From NCBI GenBank assembly GCA_001767075.1, contig MEKX01000019.1, positions 3,335 to 57,942 of the forward strand: a DNA stretch of 54,608 bases, written 5' to 3'. Under the pieces are notes generated by a model, which saw nothing but the letters and a program-made list of their open reading frames with translations, was not told the DNA's origin and searched no databases. Origin of the DNA: Acidobacteria bacterium RIFCSPLOWO2_12_FULL_54_10. GTDB taxonomy: Bacteria; Acidobacteriota; Terriglobia; 2-12-FULL-54-10. Below are positions 37,564 to 47,535 of the stretch, in pieces. The first letter of the stretch is position 1; the number at the start of each line of letters is the position of its first letter. Position numbers and translations under genes: made by a program.

Positions 37564-39251
37564 CGAACTTCTCCTCCGGACGGCTGATCCCTGGACCATT
37601 GCTGGTCGATCCAAACTTCATTGAGAGGATAGTGATCCAAGGAGTTCGGGAAAAAGCCCCGGATGTAGGGTTTAAGCAGCGAGTTGCTGGCGGATGTATA
37701 GATCGGCATTACAGGAGCTTGATACATCAGGATCGCCTCGCTGCGTTGCAGAATTTCCATGCGCTTGCCCGCGTCTGTCTCCTGGCGGGCCAACATAGTC
37801 AACCGATCGTATTCGGAGTTTTTCCAACCAGTGTGGTTATTGCCGTTGGTGCTCTCCATCAAATCCAAAAATGTTGTGGGATCAGGGTAATCCCCGATCC
37901 ATCCCGAGCGCGCTATTTGGTACTCCAAATTGGTGAGTGATTTGAGATAGGAAGCCCACTCTTCATTGCGCAACGTGACATGAATATTGAGATTTTCTAT
38001 CCACATTTGCTGGATAGATTCCGCAATTTTTTTATGGCTTTCCAGCGTATTGAATAGAATTTCGATTTCTGGAAATCCCTGCCCGCCGGGATATCCCGCT
38101 TCGGCAAGCAACCGCACAGCCTCTTGTGGGTTGTACTCTTCGGCAGGCGGGGATTGATAATTTGGAAAGCCGAGTGGAACGAAGTGCGCTCCTGGTATTT
38201 GCCCTCCACGCAGCAGGTCATCGGTAATTGCCCGGCGGTTTACCGCCAGCGACAAAGCCCGTCGCACCAGAGGGTTGTCGAGCGGCGGCTTGTTGACGTT
38301 AAAAGAATAATAGTAATTAGCCAGGTATGGGGTGGATGCGAAATCACGGAATGATTTGAGATGAGGAACATACTCGGCGGGGAAATAGCTTGGGAGCCAG
38401 TCGACCATGCCCGATTCATACATATTCGCGGAAGTGTAATTGTCATCCACTGAGTAAGCAATGATTCTATCCAGCCGGACTTTATCGCGGTTCCAGTAGC
38501 GTGGATTCGGAACAAATTCAAAGCGCGCATGACTTTGATGCTCCGACAATAAAAAAGGGCCGTTGCCGACGATATTTTCCGGCGCAGTCCAGCGCACGCC
38601 ATGTTTTTCAACGATGTGCGACGGAACAGGAAATAATGTAACGAAAGAGGTCAGGAAAAGAAAATAGGGCGTGGGCTGACGCAGGCGAACTTCCAGGGTG
38701 TAATCGTCCAGCGCGCGAATGCCAAGCAATGACGGGTCTGAGATGCGGCCTTGATTGAATTCCTCACCGTTCACCAGGTGATAGAGATGACTTGCGTAAC
38801 GGGAAACAGTAAGTGGAGCCAGAACACGCGTCCAGGAATACACAAAATCCTTTGCCGTCAGCGGGCGGCCGTCGGACCATTTTGCGTTCGTGCGAAGGTA
38901 AAACTTATAATTCAGGCCATCGGGAGAAATATCCCACCGTTCAGCAACGCCAGGGATCTGCGCGAGTGTTTTAGGGTCGGTATTCGTCAACCCCTCAAAT
39001 AGCAAACTAGCAATGCGACCGTCGAGTTGCCCGACAATCAACGCAGGGTCCACATACTCCGGCTCCGCGCCATTATTGAACCGAAAAACATTTCCTGAAG
39101 ACGGTTCCGTCTTGCCATAATATTCGCCCTGCTGACGGCAACCGCTGCTGGCTGCAAGAGATGCCGCCAGCAACAGCACTAGGAAAGAATCCACGTTGGG
39201 TGATAGTCGGCTCAATTTTCCTCTGAGAAATGAAATCCGCCTACTGCGCAT
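37560..39251 (-). CDS. oppA: Oligopeptide ABC transporter substrate-binding lipoprotein
   Basis: Lipobox-like LAASSGC; LFEGLT, WSDGRPLTAKDFVYSW and GWIGDYPDP. The likely start is ATG 39251. Confidence 0.9.
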   Translation of the reverse strand: MRSRRISFLRGKLSRLSPNVDSFLVLLLAASLAASSGCRQQGEYYGKTEPSSGNVFRFNNGAEPEYVDPALIVGQLDGRIASLLFEGLTNTDPKTLAQIPGVAERWDISPDGLNYKFYLRTNAKWSDGRPLTAKDFVYSWTRVLAPLTVSRYASHLYHLVNGEEFNQGRISDPSLLGIRALDDYTLEVRLRQPTPYFLFLTSFVTLFPVPSHIVEKHGVRWTAPENIVGNGPFLLSEHQSHARFEFVPNPRYWNRDKVRLDRIIAYSVDDNYTSANMYESGMVDWLPSYFPAEYVPHLKSFRDFASTPYLANYYYSFNVNKPPLDNPLVRRALSLAVNRRAITDDLLRGGQIPGAHFVPLGFPNYQSPPAEEYNPQEAVRLLAEAGYPGGQGFPEIEILFNTLESHKKIAESIQQMWIENLNIHVTLRNEEWASYLKSLTNLEYQIARSGWIGDYPDPTTFLDLMESTNGNNHTGWKNSEYDRLTMLARQETDAGKRMEILQRSEAILMYQAPVMPIYTSASNSLLKPYIRGFFPNSLDHYPLNEVWIDQQWSRDQPSGGEVR

Positions 39252-39444
39252 TAGAAATAAACTTGCATAGTTTAGAATGTTTGCCAAGCTGGTTCCAATG
39301 TACCTCGCCATGCTCCGATTGCCAAGCAGAATACTTCTGCCACAAGGCCTGATATTGGCTGCATATGCTATGATCGCAATGAGTATCGATAATGAGATAT
39401 TGTTCTGCACAGCAGTAAATCAGCAGACTCGCCGGGCCAATTCA

Positions 39445-39903
39445 ATGGAAGAAAAAGACCTATCAGTCAATCGACCAGCGGGGCATCTATATCACCTGCT
39501 GGAGCGGTTCGAGGCTGGATTGGAACTCGCCGGAACCGAAGTGAAGTCTATCCGTAAAGGCGGAGCGAACTTAAAAGATAGTTACGCAACAATCCGTGAA
39601 GGAGAGGCCTGGCTGATGAATTGCCACATCAGCCCTTATGCATATGGCAATCGGGAAAACTCCGACCCGTTGCGCAAACGCAAGCTGCTGTTGCACCGCG
39701 AAGAAATCCGGCGATTAACCGGTAAAGTTGAACAGCGCGGTCTGACGCTAATACCGACTCGGCTGTACTTGAAAAACGGACGGGTTAAATGTGAATTTGC
39801 GTTGGCCAAAGGCAAAAAACTCCACGATAAACGAGAGACGGAACGCCGCAAAACCGCTGACCGCGAGGCTCGCCAAGCGATCAAGTACCGCAATCGTGGA
39901 TGA
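39445..39903 (+). CDS. smpB: SsrA-binding protein
   Basis: FEAGLELAGTEVKSIR, RKRKLLLHREEI and LAKGKKLHDKR; start at ATG 39445. Confidence 0.96.
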   Translation: MEEKDLSVNRPAGHLYHLLERFEAGLELAGTEVKSIRKGGANLKDSYATIREGEAWLMNCHISPYAYGNRENSDPLRKRKLLLHREEIRRLTGKVEQRGLTLIPTRLYLKNGRVKCEFALAKGKKLHDKRETERRKTADREARQAIKYRNRG

Positions 39904-39945
39904 GTTGTGACCGCAATAGAATTGCGAAAGGAATAAATACATAAC

Positions 39946-41109
39946 ATGAAGATCATTATCGTCGGCTATGGACGTGTTGGGAAACAGATTGTGCGCCTGT
40001 TGGCTGGGAAAAATCACTCCATCGTGGTCATTGATAAAGACCGGCGGTCGATGGAGAAGGAACCACTGCAGCCTGGTCTGCGCATGATGGCAGGCGACGC
40101 CGTGGATCCAGACTTGCTCCGCCAAGCGGAAGCAGAAAACGCAGACGTTCTGCTGGCGCTGACCCGTGAGGAGAACACGAATCTGATGGTGGCTCAAACA
40201 GCACGACTTGCCTTTAAGATACCTAAAGTAATTGCCATGGTTTATGATCCGCAGCGGGAAAGCAGCTTTCACACAGCAGGGATTGACACGTTGCAAATTA
40301 CCGTATCAGGCGCGGAGCTGCTTAGAGCACAAATTGAAGGAAACGGACCGTTGACTGCCCAAGACCTCTTAAGCGCAATGGCCAAGGATTCGGCCGCAGT
40401 GGACAATACGGTCTATCCCGTGCCACCGAGGAAGTTTTCAAGCTCTGGTCCCTACTACGTCATCATCATGGGTGGCGGAAAAGTTGGGTATTTTCTCGGG
40501 CGGACGCTGTTGGAAGAAGGCCACGAAATATCCATCATCGAAGCCAATCAGGAAATCTACGGACTTGTTTCGCATCAATTGGATTGTCCGGTAATTCTAG
40601 GAGATGGCACATCGCATAAAACATTGGAAAAGGCCGGAGCCAGCCGTTGCGATCTGTTCGTGGGCGTCACGAATCATGACCAGGATAATTTAATAGGATG
40701 CCAGGTCGCCCGAAGGGAATTTGGCGTTCCAAAAACGATAGCGCGGGTAAAGAATCCGAAGAACGAAAGGATCATGCGCGAACTGGGCGTAGACGTAACG
40801 GTTAGCTCCACAGCAATCATTAGCTCTCTGATAGAAAGCGAGCTGCCGCTGCATAAGATTCGGACTCTGCTAGACCTGAGAATTGGCAATTTGGAAATCA
40901 TGGAATATGCGCTGGATGGAACATCCCCGGTTGTTGGGCAGCAAATCCGCAATCTGACCATGCCCCCACATTGCAACCTCGTGACGATCCTCCGAGGGGG
41001 GGATGCGATCGTTCCTCGCGGTGACACTTTGTTTCAGGCAAGTGATGTGATACTTGCTTTAGCTGACCGCGCGGACGAAGGCGCATTAAGGAAATTACTG
41101 CTCGGTTGA
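39946..41109 (+). CDS. trkA: TrkA-family RCK regulatory protein (TrkA-N + TrkA-N + TrkA-C)
   Basis: Two Rossmann motifs (IVGYGRVG and IMGGGKVG) and one C-terminal TrkA-C domain (SPVVGQQI..VPRGDT). Confidence 0.8.
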   Translation: MKIIIVGYGRVGKQIVRLLAGKNHSIVVIDKDRRSMEKEPLQPGLRMMAGDAVDPDLLRQAEAENADVLLALTREENTNLMVAQTARLAFKIPKVIAMVYDPQRESSFHTAGIDTLQITVSGAELLRAQIEGNGPLTAQDLLSAMAKDSAAVDNTVYPVPPRKFSSSGPYYVIIMGGGKVGYFLGRTLLEEGHEISIIEANQEIYGLVSHQLDCPVILGDGTSHKTLEKAGASRCDLFVGVTNHDQDNLIGCQVARREFGVPKTIARVKNPKNERIMRELGVDVTVSSTAIISSLIESELPLHKIRTLLDLRIGNLEIMEYALDGTSPVVGQQIRNLTMPPHCNLVTILRGGDAIVPRGDTLFQASDVILALADRADEGALRKLLLG

Positions 41110-41147
41110 TGTGGAGAATAAAATACTTTCAAATTTCCAGGAATTCT

Positions 41148-42152
41148 TTAGAGGGGAACTTCGATAGTTTCCAGTATATTTTTAAGGATCGATTCGGCTT
41201 GCTCAGACTTTTTGAGTGTGGAAGAATAACGCGAATTGACTACCATGCGATGCGCGAAAACGGGCAGCACCAGACGCTTAAAATCGTCCACGATACAATA
41301 GTTTCTGCTTTCAAGAAAAGCCAATGCCTGCGCAGCGCGGTGGAGAGATTGAGAACCTCGCGGGCTGACACCGAGAGAAAGATTTTCGTGCGAGCGAGTT
41401 TTGGCAACGATGGTTAGCATGTAATCCACGAGCGAAGACTCCACGCTAACGGTCGAAACGGCTTTTTGCCATTGGTGGATTTGCTGGCTTGTGGCTGCCG
41501 GTTCCAACGATTCAAGACCATTCCAGTGGAGATCCGATTTTAGGATTTCTCTTTCGGCTTCCTTGTCCGGATAACCCATCCGGATGCGCATTAAGAAGCG
41601 GTCCAACTGCGACTCAGGCAATGGATAAGTGCCGTGATGCTCAATTGGGTTCTGCGTAGCAACCACCATGAATGGCTCCGGCAACTTGTGAGTCGTGTTA
41701 TCCACGGTGACTTGCCGCTCATTCATCGCTTCGAGCAGAGCACTCTGCGTTTTCGGAGTGGTGCGATTGATTTCGTCCGCTAGCAGTATGTTCGTAAAAA
41801 TAGGGCCTGGTTTGAATTCAAAAGCTTCCGTGTGCTGGTTATAGACGGAAACGCCGACAACATCGCTAGGAAGCAGATCGCTGGTAAATTGAACTCGCTG
41901 AAACTGACAATTCACCGAACGAGCCAGCGTATGGGCGAGCGTGGTTTTTCCAACCCCTGGGACGTCCTCGATCAGCAGATGCCCACGAGCCAGAAGAGCC
42001 ACCAATGTAAGCTGAACGGCTTCGCCATTGCCGCGTATAACACCGCGCAGAGCCAGTTCCAGATTTTTCAACGGACCGGTAAACTCCGTTACCGAAGTTG
42101 ATGTTTGGCGGATTGAATGATCAATCAAAGAAACTTTCTCCATGCCAGCCAT
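41148..42152 (-). CDS. moxR: MoxR-family AAA+ ATPase
   Basis: EDVPGVGKT, LADEINR and ATQNPIEHHGTYPLPESQLDRF motifs. Confidence 0.92.
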   Translation of the reverse strand: MAGMEKVSLIDHSIRQTSTSVTEFTGPLKNLELALRGVIRGNGEAVQLTLVALLARGHLLIEDVPGVGKTTLAHTLARSVNCQFQRVQFTSDLLPSDVVGVSVYNQHTEAFEFKPGPIFTNILLADEINRTTPKTQSALLEAMNERQVTVDNTTHKLPEPFMVVATQNPIEHHGTYPLPESQLDRFLMRIRMGYPDKEAEREILKSDLHWNGLESLEPAATSQQIHQWQKAVSTVSVESSLVDYMLTIVAKTRSHENLSLGVSPRGSQSLHRAAQALAFLESRNYCIVDDFKRLVLPVFAHRMVVNSRYSSTLKKSEQAESILKNILETIEVPL

Positions 42153-42182
42153 AGTGGAATCCGCCCCTGGTGCAGAAAATCA

Positions 42183-42258
42183 TGGTGGGCGATACAGGAC
42201 TCGAACCTGTGACTTCCACCGTGTGAGGATGGCACTCTACCGACTGAGTTAATCGCCC
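42183..42258 (-). tRNA. tRNA-Val (anticodon CAC)
   Basis: The reverse complement GGGCGATTAACTCAGTCGGTAGAGTGCCATCCT-CAC-ACGGTGGAAGTCACAGGTTCGAGTCCTGTATCGCCCACCA is 76 nt, folds as a cloverleaf and has an encoded CCA. Confidence 0.96.
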
Positions 42259-42353
42259 GTCTAATGCAACCATTTCATTCTATCCAATGGAAGAGCTTCA
42301 GCAAAGAGGTTCCAGAGCAATTCATGGAATTTGAAGCCTAATATTTTATTTTT

Positions 42354-44918
42354 TTACGGTTTTGACTGATCCGACTCTCCCCTGAATACTCCGAAAATGC
42401 GTCCGAAAAAACCTTTTTTCTTGGGTTGAGAAGTCTCTATTGCCGGTTCTTTTGCGGGCGCACTGGAAACGACTGGAGACGGTTCTTCCGGAGGAGGAGC
42501 TGACGCAACAACTGGTTCGATAACCGTGATGGGCGGCAAACTTGCAATGGAAGGAAGCGGAGTCGCTCGCGGCGCCGGGGGTATGTAATGCCGAGGGCAA
42601 AAAATTTTGGGTTCAGTGCCAGCGATAAAGTATTCCGTAGAGCGATTCTTGCATTCCGGAGTGGCTAGCGCATTGGTGTCAGGATCGATCTCCACGGCAA
42701 CAATTCCGGGCGGGGGAATCGCCGGGCGCACATCGCTATACTGCGGAAGAGCGACCGCGCGTTTCATGAATTCCGTCCAAATGGGTAACGCTGAAGAAGC
42801 TCCGCTTAATGGTAATTCTTCATTCGAGTCGTATCCGACCCAAACGATACAGATCAGGTTTGACGTGTAACCGGCAAACCAGCCATCGTGCGAAGTTCCA
42901 GTTTTGCCAGCTACGGGAGCGGTAAATCCACGAGAACGAACGCCTGCCCCGGTTCCCCGGTTCACAACATCCTCCATGAGATTCGTTACAAGAAATGAAA
43001 TTCGCGGGTCCAGCACTCTGGTTGCTTTTGGCGTCGCTTGCGAAAGCATCGTCCCATTTCGGTCTCGCACTTGGGAAATCCAGAAAGGATCTAAGTGGAC
43101 ACCGCCGTTGGCAAAGACCGTATAGGAGCCTGCAATTTCAAGCGGCTGAACTTCATAAGCGCCGAGAGCCACCGCGGGGGTCGGCTGTATTTTCAAGTTC
43201 ATGCCGGACCTTTGTGCGAGGTCAACGATGTTTTCGTAGCCCACCATTTGAGCCAGTTTTACGGTGCTCACGTTAAGAGAGCGCCGGAGTGCGTATCGCA
43301 GAGTAACATTGCCGTAAAACTCATCACCATAATTACCCGGTGTGTACGTTCGCCCATCGTAAACAAAAGTAGTAGGTTCATCCTTTATTTGAGAAATTGA
43401 AGTCCAGGGTGGACCGACAGAACCAGAAATCCCGGTCCCCAAAGCAGCGGCGTATACAAAAGGCTTGAATGCAGAACCCGGCTGCCGTAGCGCCAAAGCA
43501 CGGTTCAACTGGCTTAACCCATAATCCCGGCCGCCAATCAAAGCCTTAAGAGCACCGGTTCGAGGATCTAATGCAATCAGAACTGCTTCGACCTGAGGTT
43601 CCTGCTGATTTGACCCATCCTTATTAGCTGCTGATTGTCTGCCTCTACGCGGGCGCCGGAACCCTGCCAGCCGTTCATCTACCTCAGCTAATCCAACTCT
43701 GAAAGCTTCCACCGCAGCACGCTGCAAATCCAAATCAATGGTTGTATGGATGCGGAAGCTCTGCGAGGCTAAGTCTTCTTCGGTATAGCTTCCCAGCAGT
43801 TGGTCACGAACCATGTCAACAAAGTGGGGGGCTTCACTGGCAATGGCCTGACGAGGAGTAGCGCCGAGCGGTGCGTTCTTAGCTTCATCCCGTTCAGCAG
43901 GCGTAATAGCGCCCGTGTCTGCCATGAAATTCAATACCTGGTTTCTGCGGCTGATTGCACGTTCGGGATTGCGATAGGGCGAGTAAAGGTTGGGTCCCTG
44001 AATGATGCCTGCAAGGAATGATGATTCTGGAAGCGTTAAATCCCGTATATCTTTATTAAAGTAAGCCTGGGCGGCTTCGCCTACTCCGCTAATGGTGAAA
44101 CTGCCCCTTTGCCCCATGTAGATCTTGTTGCAATAGTATTCGAATATATCCTGCTTGCTCAATCTCCTTTCCAATTGGAAAGAGACCAAGGTTTCTGCTA
44201 ATTTCCGTTTCCACGTTCGTTCGGAGGAAAGAAAAAGGCTGCGGGAAAGCTGCATGGTGATCGTGCTTGCGCCTTGCCGGACACTGCCAGCGCGAATGTC
44301 AACATAAGCGGCCTTCAATATGCGCAGATAATCGACTCCAGAGTGCTCAAAAAACCTGCGATCCTCAATTGCAAGAATGGCGCTAACTAAATGGCGCGGG
44401 ATGTCATTAAAAACGACCAGCCGCCGTTTTTCCCGGCTCCTGTCGAAAAGATTGGTGATGAGCAAAGGATCAAGACTATATTCGCCTCTCGCAAAGTGGT
44501 CATTTACAGAGACTATGCTGGATATCCGGTTTTCAGAAAAACCAATTTCTGCAGCTTCAGGGGAAAAGTAGGAGCTAGGGCCGGGCATAATCTGGATTGC
44601 ACGGGGAATCACCTTGTACGATCCAGTTGGATTGCTAGCGGCATCGCTAAACCCCGCCTGACGCAAATAGGAAATCAAATCTTCGCGGGAGATACCCTGA
44701 CCCAATCGGAGCTTTTTAGGAGCGGCATAAATATGGGCTGCCGGCAGAAATACCGGACCCTGCAAACGCAAGTCGATGAGACGCGAATAGCGGACGTAAT
44801 AATATGTAAAAACCGAAGTACCGGCGATGGCCCCCGTTAAAATAAGAACCAGCAATATCAGCCAGAGGGGCCTGAAAGGAGAGGCTAACCACCATGTGCG
44901 CTTGATTTTTACCCGCAT
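42354..44918 (-). CDS. Class A penicillin-binding protein (PBP1b-like, with a UB2H-like region)
   Basis: Transglycosylase motifs AIEDRRFFEH and GASTITMQL; transpeptidase motifs SAFK, SLN and KTG; N-terminal membrane anchor. Confidence 0.93.
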   Translation of the reverse strand: MRVKIKRTWWLASPFRPLWLILLVLILTGAIAGTSVFTYYYVRYSRLIDLRLQGPVFLPAAHIYAAPKKLRLGQGISREDLISYLRQAGFSDAASNPTGSYKVIPRAIQIMPGPSSYFSPEAAEIGFSENRISSIVSVNDHFARGEYSLDPLLITNLFDRSREKRRLVVFNDIPRHLVSAILAIEDRRFFEHSGVDYLRILKAAYVDIRAGSVRQGASTITMQLSRSLFLSSERTWKRKLAETLVSFQLERRLSKQDIFEYYCNKIYMGQRGSFTISGVGEAAQAYFNKDIRDLTLPESSFLAGIIQGPNLYSPYRNPERAISRRNQVLNFMADTGAITPAERDEAKNAPLGATPRQAIASEAPHFVDMVRDQLLGSYTEEDLASQSFRIHTTIDLDLQRAAVEAFRVGLAEVDERLAGFRRPRRGRQSAANKDGSNQQEPQVEAVLIALDPRTGALKALIGGRDYGLSQLNRALALRQPGSAFKPFVYAAALGTGISGSVGPPWTSISQIKDEPTTFVYDGRTYTPGNYGDEFYGNVTLRYALRRSLNVSTVKLAQMVGYENIVDLAQRSGMNLKIQPTPAVALGAYEVQPLEIAGSYTVFANGGVHLDPFWISQVRDRNGTMLSQATPKATRVLDPRISFLVTNLMEDVVNRGTGAGVRSRGFTAPVAGKTGTSHDGWFAGYTSNLICIVWVGYDSNEELPLSGASSALPIWTEFMKRAVALPQYSDVRPAIPPPGIVAVEIDPDTNALATPECKNRSTEYFIAGTEPKIFCPRHYIPPAPRATPLPSIASLPPITVIEPVVASAPPPEEPSPVVSSAPAKEPAIETSQPKKKGFFGRIFGVFRGESDQSKP

Positions 44919-44939
44919 GAAAGAATTTTCAGCAACGGG

Positions 44940-45317
44940 TTACTTCTTTGTAATTAGCTGATTACCCGCAGCTGGATCGAATTCCAAAACTACTTCCCGA
45001 ACCAGTAGATCAACGGGAATTTCATATTGGACTGCGATATTGACAGTGCCACTGCCTCTGCTCACGGTAACTTGGCTGGGATCAAGTTCAATGCCTATTT
45101 CGGAGGCTTGACTGATGACAGCACTGCGGATGTCATTCTCGCTTATTTTGTTGTAAGTCACCGTGCGCGCCAAGTCATCAAGGGCATTTTGGAATTGAAA
45201 ATTATTAATGTAAGGCGGTAAGAGACGTAACGCTGCAAAAATGATGACAACGACAAATAGTAGGCTGATGATTGCAGAGACTGTTAGAGCCCCACGCTCT
45301 GGCAAATTTCCACGCAT
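44940..45317 (-). CDS. DUF4845-like protein with a prepilin-like N-terminus
   Basis: ERG|ALTVSAIISLLFVVVIIF..PPYINN..; likely start ATG 45317. Confidence 0.65.
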   Translation of the reverse strand: MRGNLPERGALTVSAIISLLFVVVIIFAALRLLPPYINNFQFQNALDDLARTVTYNKISENDIRSAVISQASEIGIELDPSQVTVSRGSGTVNIAVQYEIPVDLLVREVVLEFDPAAGNQLITKK

Positions 45318-45600
45318 TGGTCTAATTTGAGAGTATTGTATCCCGTGACCAGAATATCCGACTATTCGCCGGAGTCGATCACTTAGCAACGCAGCTTGCA
45401 CCTTTGTCATACATTTATCACACAAATTCTACAACTTATATTATGTTATCACCCGGCAAACCACTTGTCGAGATATGCCTATTCCCTCGAAATTGAGGTT
45501 CCTTTTAAGTAACAGTCGCAAAGCAGCTTGAAGAAATTCGACGGGACCTGGCTAACCTCGATGGTTGCCCGTCTTTCCGGCTCAGGTTAGTATAACAGTC

Positions 45601-47082
45601 ATGAATAATACGAAGACAAAAAGCTCTCCTAATCAAAAAATCACTCCCAGATCACAAGACTTTGCCCGCTGGTATCAGGATGTAATCCTGCAAGCGGATC
45701 TGGCGGAACCAGCGGAAGTGGTGAAGGGCTGCATGGTCATTAAACCCCATGGCTATGCCATTTGGGAAGCCTTGCACGCTGAATTAGACGCGAGGTTCAA
45801 ACAAACCGGTCACAAGAATGCTTATTTTCCTCTGCTGATTCCTGAAAGCTTCTTGAAGCGCGAAGCGGAACATGTGGAAGGGTTCGCGCCGGAGTTGGCT
45901 GTGGTCACAATCGCGGGCGGCGAAAACTTGGAGGAACGGTACGTCATTCGGCCGACATCCGAAACGATCATCGGGCATTTCTTCGCCCGTTGGATCAAGA
46001 GCTGGCGGGATCTGCCCCTGTTGATAAATCAATGGGCCAATGTAGTACGCTGGGAGTTACGAACCAGAATGTTTCTTCGAACCACGGAATTTCTCTGGCA
46101 GGAAGGTCACACCGCACACGCTACGGAGCAAGAAGCGCACGAAGAAACCTTGCGGATGCTAAACGTGTATGCCGATGTTGCCGAGAACGTAATGGCCATG
46201 CCGGTTATCCGTGGCGTAAAGACAAAGGCTGAAAAATTTGCGGGAGCTGCTAAATCCTATTGTATTGAAGCAATGATGCAAAACGGGCTGGCACTCCAAG
46301 CGGGAACCAGTCATGAGCTAGGACAAAATTTCGCCAAGGTTTTTGAAATCCGTTTCCAAAGTCAGTCTGGAAATCTGGAATACGTTTGGCAAACAAGCTG
46401 GGGCGTGAGCACCCGACTGATCGGCGCTCTGGTGATGAGCCACTCCGACGATCGAGGCCTTGTGTTGCCTCCGAAACTTGCTCCGATTCACGTGGTTGTG
46501 ATCCCTATCTATCGAAAAGATGAAGAACGTGCGCTTGTGCTAGATAGAGCAAATCGAATTGCCGATGAGTTGAAGCAGGATGGGCATAAGGTGCAAGTAG
46601 ATGATCGTGACGGTTACACGCCCGGCTCCAAATTCTTTCATTGGGAACAAAGAGGAATTCCGCTTCTTTTGGAGATCGGTCCTCGCGAGGTGCAGAGCGA
46701 CAGCGTAGTGATGCGCCGTAGAGACGAGGATAACAAGCAGTCTCAGCCGGTTTCCGGTTTGCGCCAGAGCGTCCGGGATGTGATGAACCAGATGCAGGCG
46801 GATTTACTGCTAAAAGCGCGGAAGAGGTTGGATGACAATACCGTGCAAGCTGACAGCTTTGATCAGGTGAAATCGATCCTGGAAGGAGTCACCTCGGAAA
46901 AAGGCGGCGGCAAGTTCATCGCAGCTCACGTGAAGGATGATCCGCAATGCGATGCCAAACTGAAGGAAATTAAGGCGAGTGTTCGTTGCATTCCATTGCA
47001 TGATGCTTATGACGGCCCTGGGACTTGTATTATCACCGGTGAGCCAACACCGCAGAGGGTGATCGTCGCCAAAGCCTATTGA
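45601..47082 (+). CDS. proS: Proline--tRNA ligase (archaeal/eukaryote-like type)
   Basis: [37 protein letters not shown] and C-terminal AKAY; no INS editing domain. Confidence 0.96.
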   Translation: MNNTKTKSSPNQKITPRSQDFARWYQDVILQADLAEPAEVVKGCMVIKPHGYAIWEALHAELDARFKQTGHKNAYFPLLIPESFLKREAEHVEGFAPELAVVTIAGGENLEERYVIRPTSETIIGHFFARWIKSWRDLPLLINQWANVVRWELRTRMFLRTTEFLWQEGHTAHATEQEAHEETLRMLNVYADVAENVMAMPVIRGVKTKAEKFAGAAKSYCIEAMMQNGLALQAGTSHELGQNFAKVFEIRFQSQSGNLEYVWQTSWGVSTRLIGALVMSHSDDRGLVLPPKLAPIHVVVIPIYRKDEERALVLDRANRIADELKQDGHKVQVDDRDGYTPGSKFFHWEQRGIPLLLEIGPREVQSDSVVMRRRDEDNKQSQPVSGLRQSVRDVMNQMQADLLLKARKRLDDNTVQADSFDQVKSILEGVTSEKGGGKFIAAHVKDDPQCDAKLKEIKASVRCIPLHDAYDGPGTCIITGEPTPQRVIVAKAY

Positions 47083-47507
47083 GTAAAAGTTCCATGGAAG
47101 TTAAATTCTCAACACAGGGCTTCAATGAGGTTGTAGACATCACATCTGCGGTCCAAAAAGCGATTCTGGAAAGTGACACCAAGGATGGTGTGGCTCATCT
47201 TTTTGTCATCGGTTCGACGGCAGCGATAACCACCATCGAATACGAACCAGGCGCTGTAGCTGACCTCAAGCGCGCGCTCGATCAAATAGCTCCTATGGAC
47301 GCCGTCTATGCCCACAACGAAGCTTGGGGCGACGGCAATGGGTATGCGCATCTGCGTGCGGCGCTGCTCAAACCAGACCTTTGCGTACCTGTTCGAGATG
47401 GCAAACTGTTGCTGGGCACCTGGCAGCAGATTATTCTGATCGATTTCGACAACCGGCCACGGCAGAGAACCGTTTTCATCACAATGACCGAAGCAATTCG
47501 TCGATGA
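47079..47507 (+). CDS. yjbQ: YjbQ/UPF0047 family protein
   Basis: [12 protein letters not shown] and [13 protein letters not shown] motifs; overlaps the proS stop. Confidence 0.88.
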   Translation: MSKSSMEVKFSTQGFNEVVDITSAVQKAILESDTKDGVAHLFVIGSTAAITTIEYEPGAVADLKRALDQIAPMDAVYAHNEAWGDGNGYAHLRAALLKPDLCVPVRDGKLLLGTWQQIILIDFDNRPRQRTVFITMTEAIRR

Positions 47508-47535
47508 ATAAATACTATTTTATCCATCAAGAGAA

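Noticed and set aside
35723-39903. Long N-terminal extensions on oppC, oppB, oppA and smpB that imply large overlaps
   Set aside because: These are longest-ORF artefacts; downstream starts with an RBS or stop/start coupling remove the overlaps.
39445-39945. tmRNA (ssrA) next to smpB
   Set aside because: The flanking gaps are too short and no tmRNA-like ends were seen.
42183-42353. tRNA-Val as an integration site for a genomic island
   Set aside because: No integrase or duplicated tRNA 3' end was seen, and both flanks are housekeeping genes.
45404-45425. TGTCA-N8-TCACA as a CRP/Rex-like site
   Set aside because: The spacing does not fit the N6 consensus and there is a half-site mismatch.
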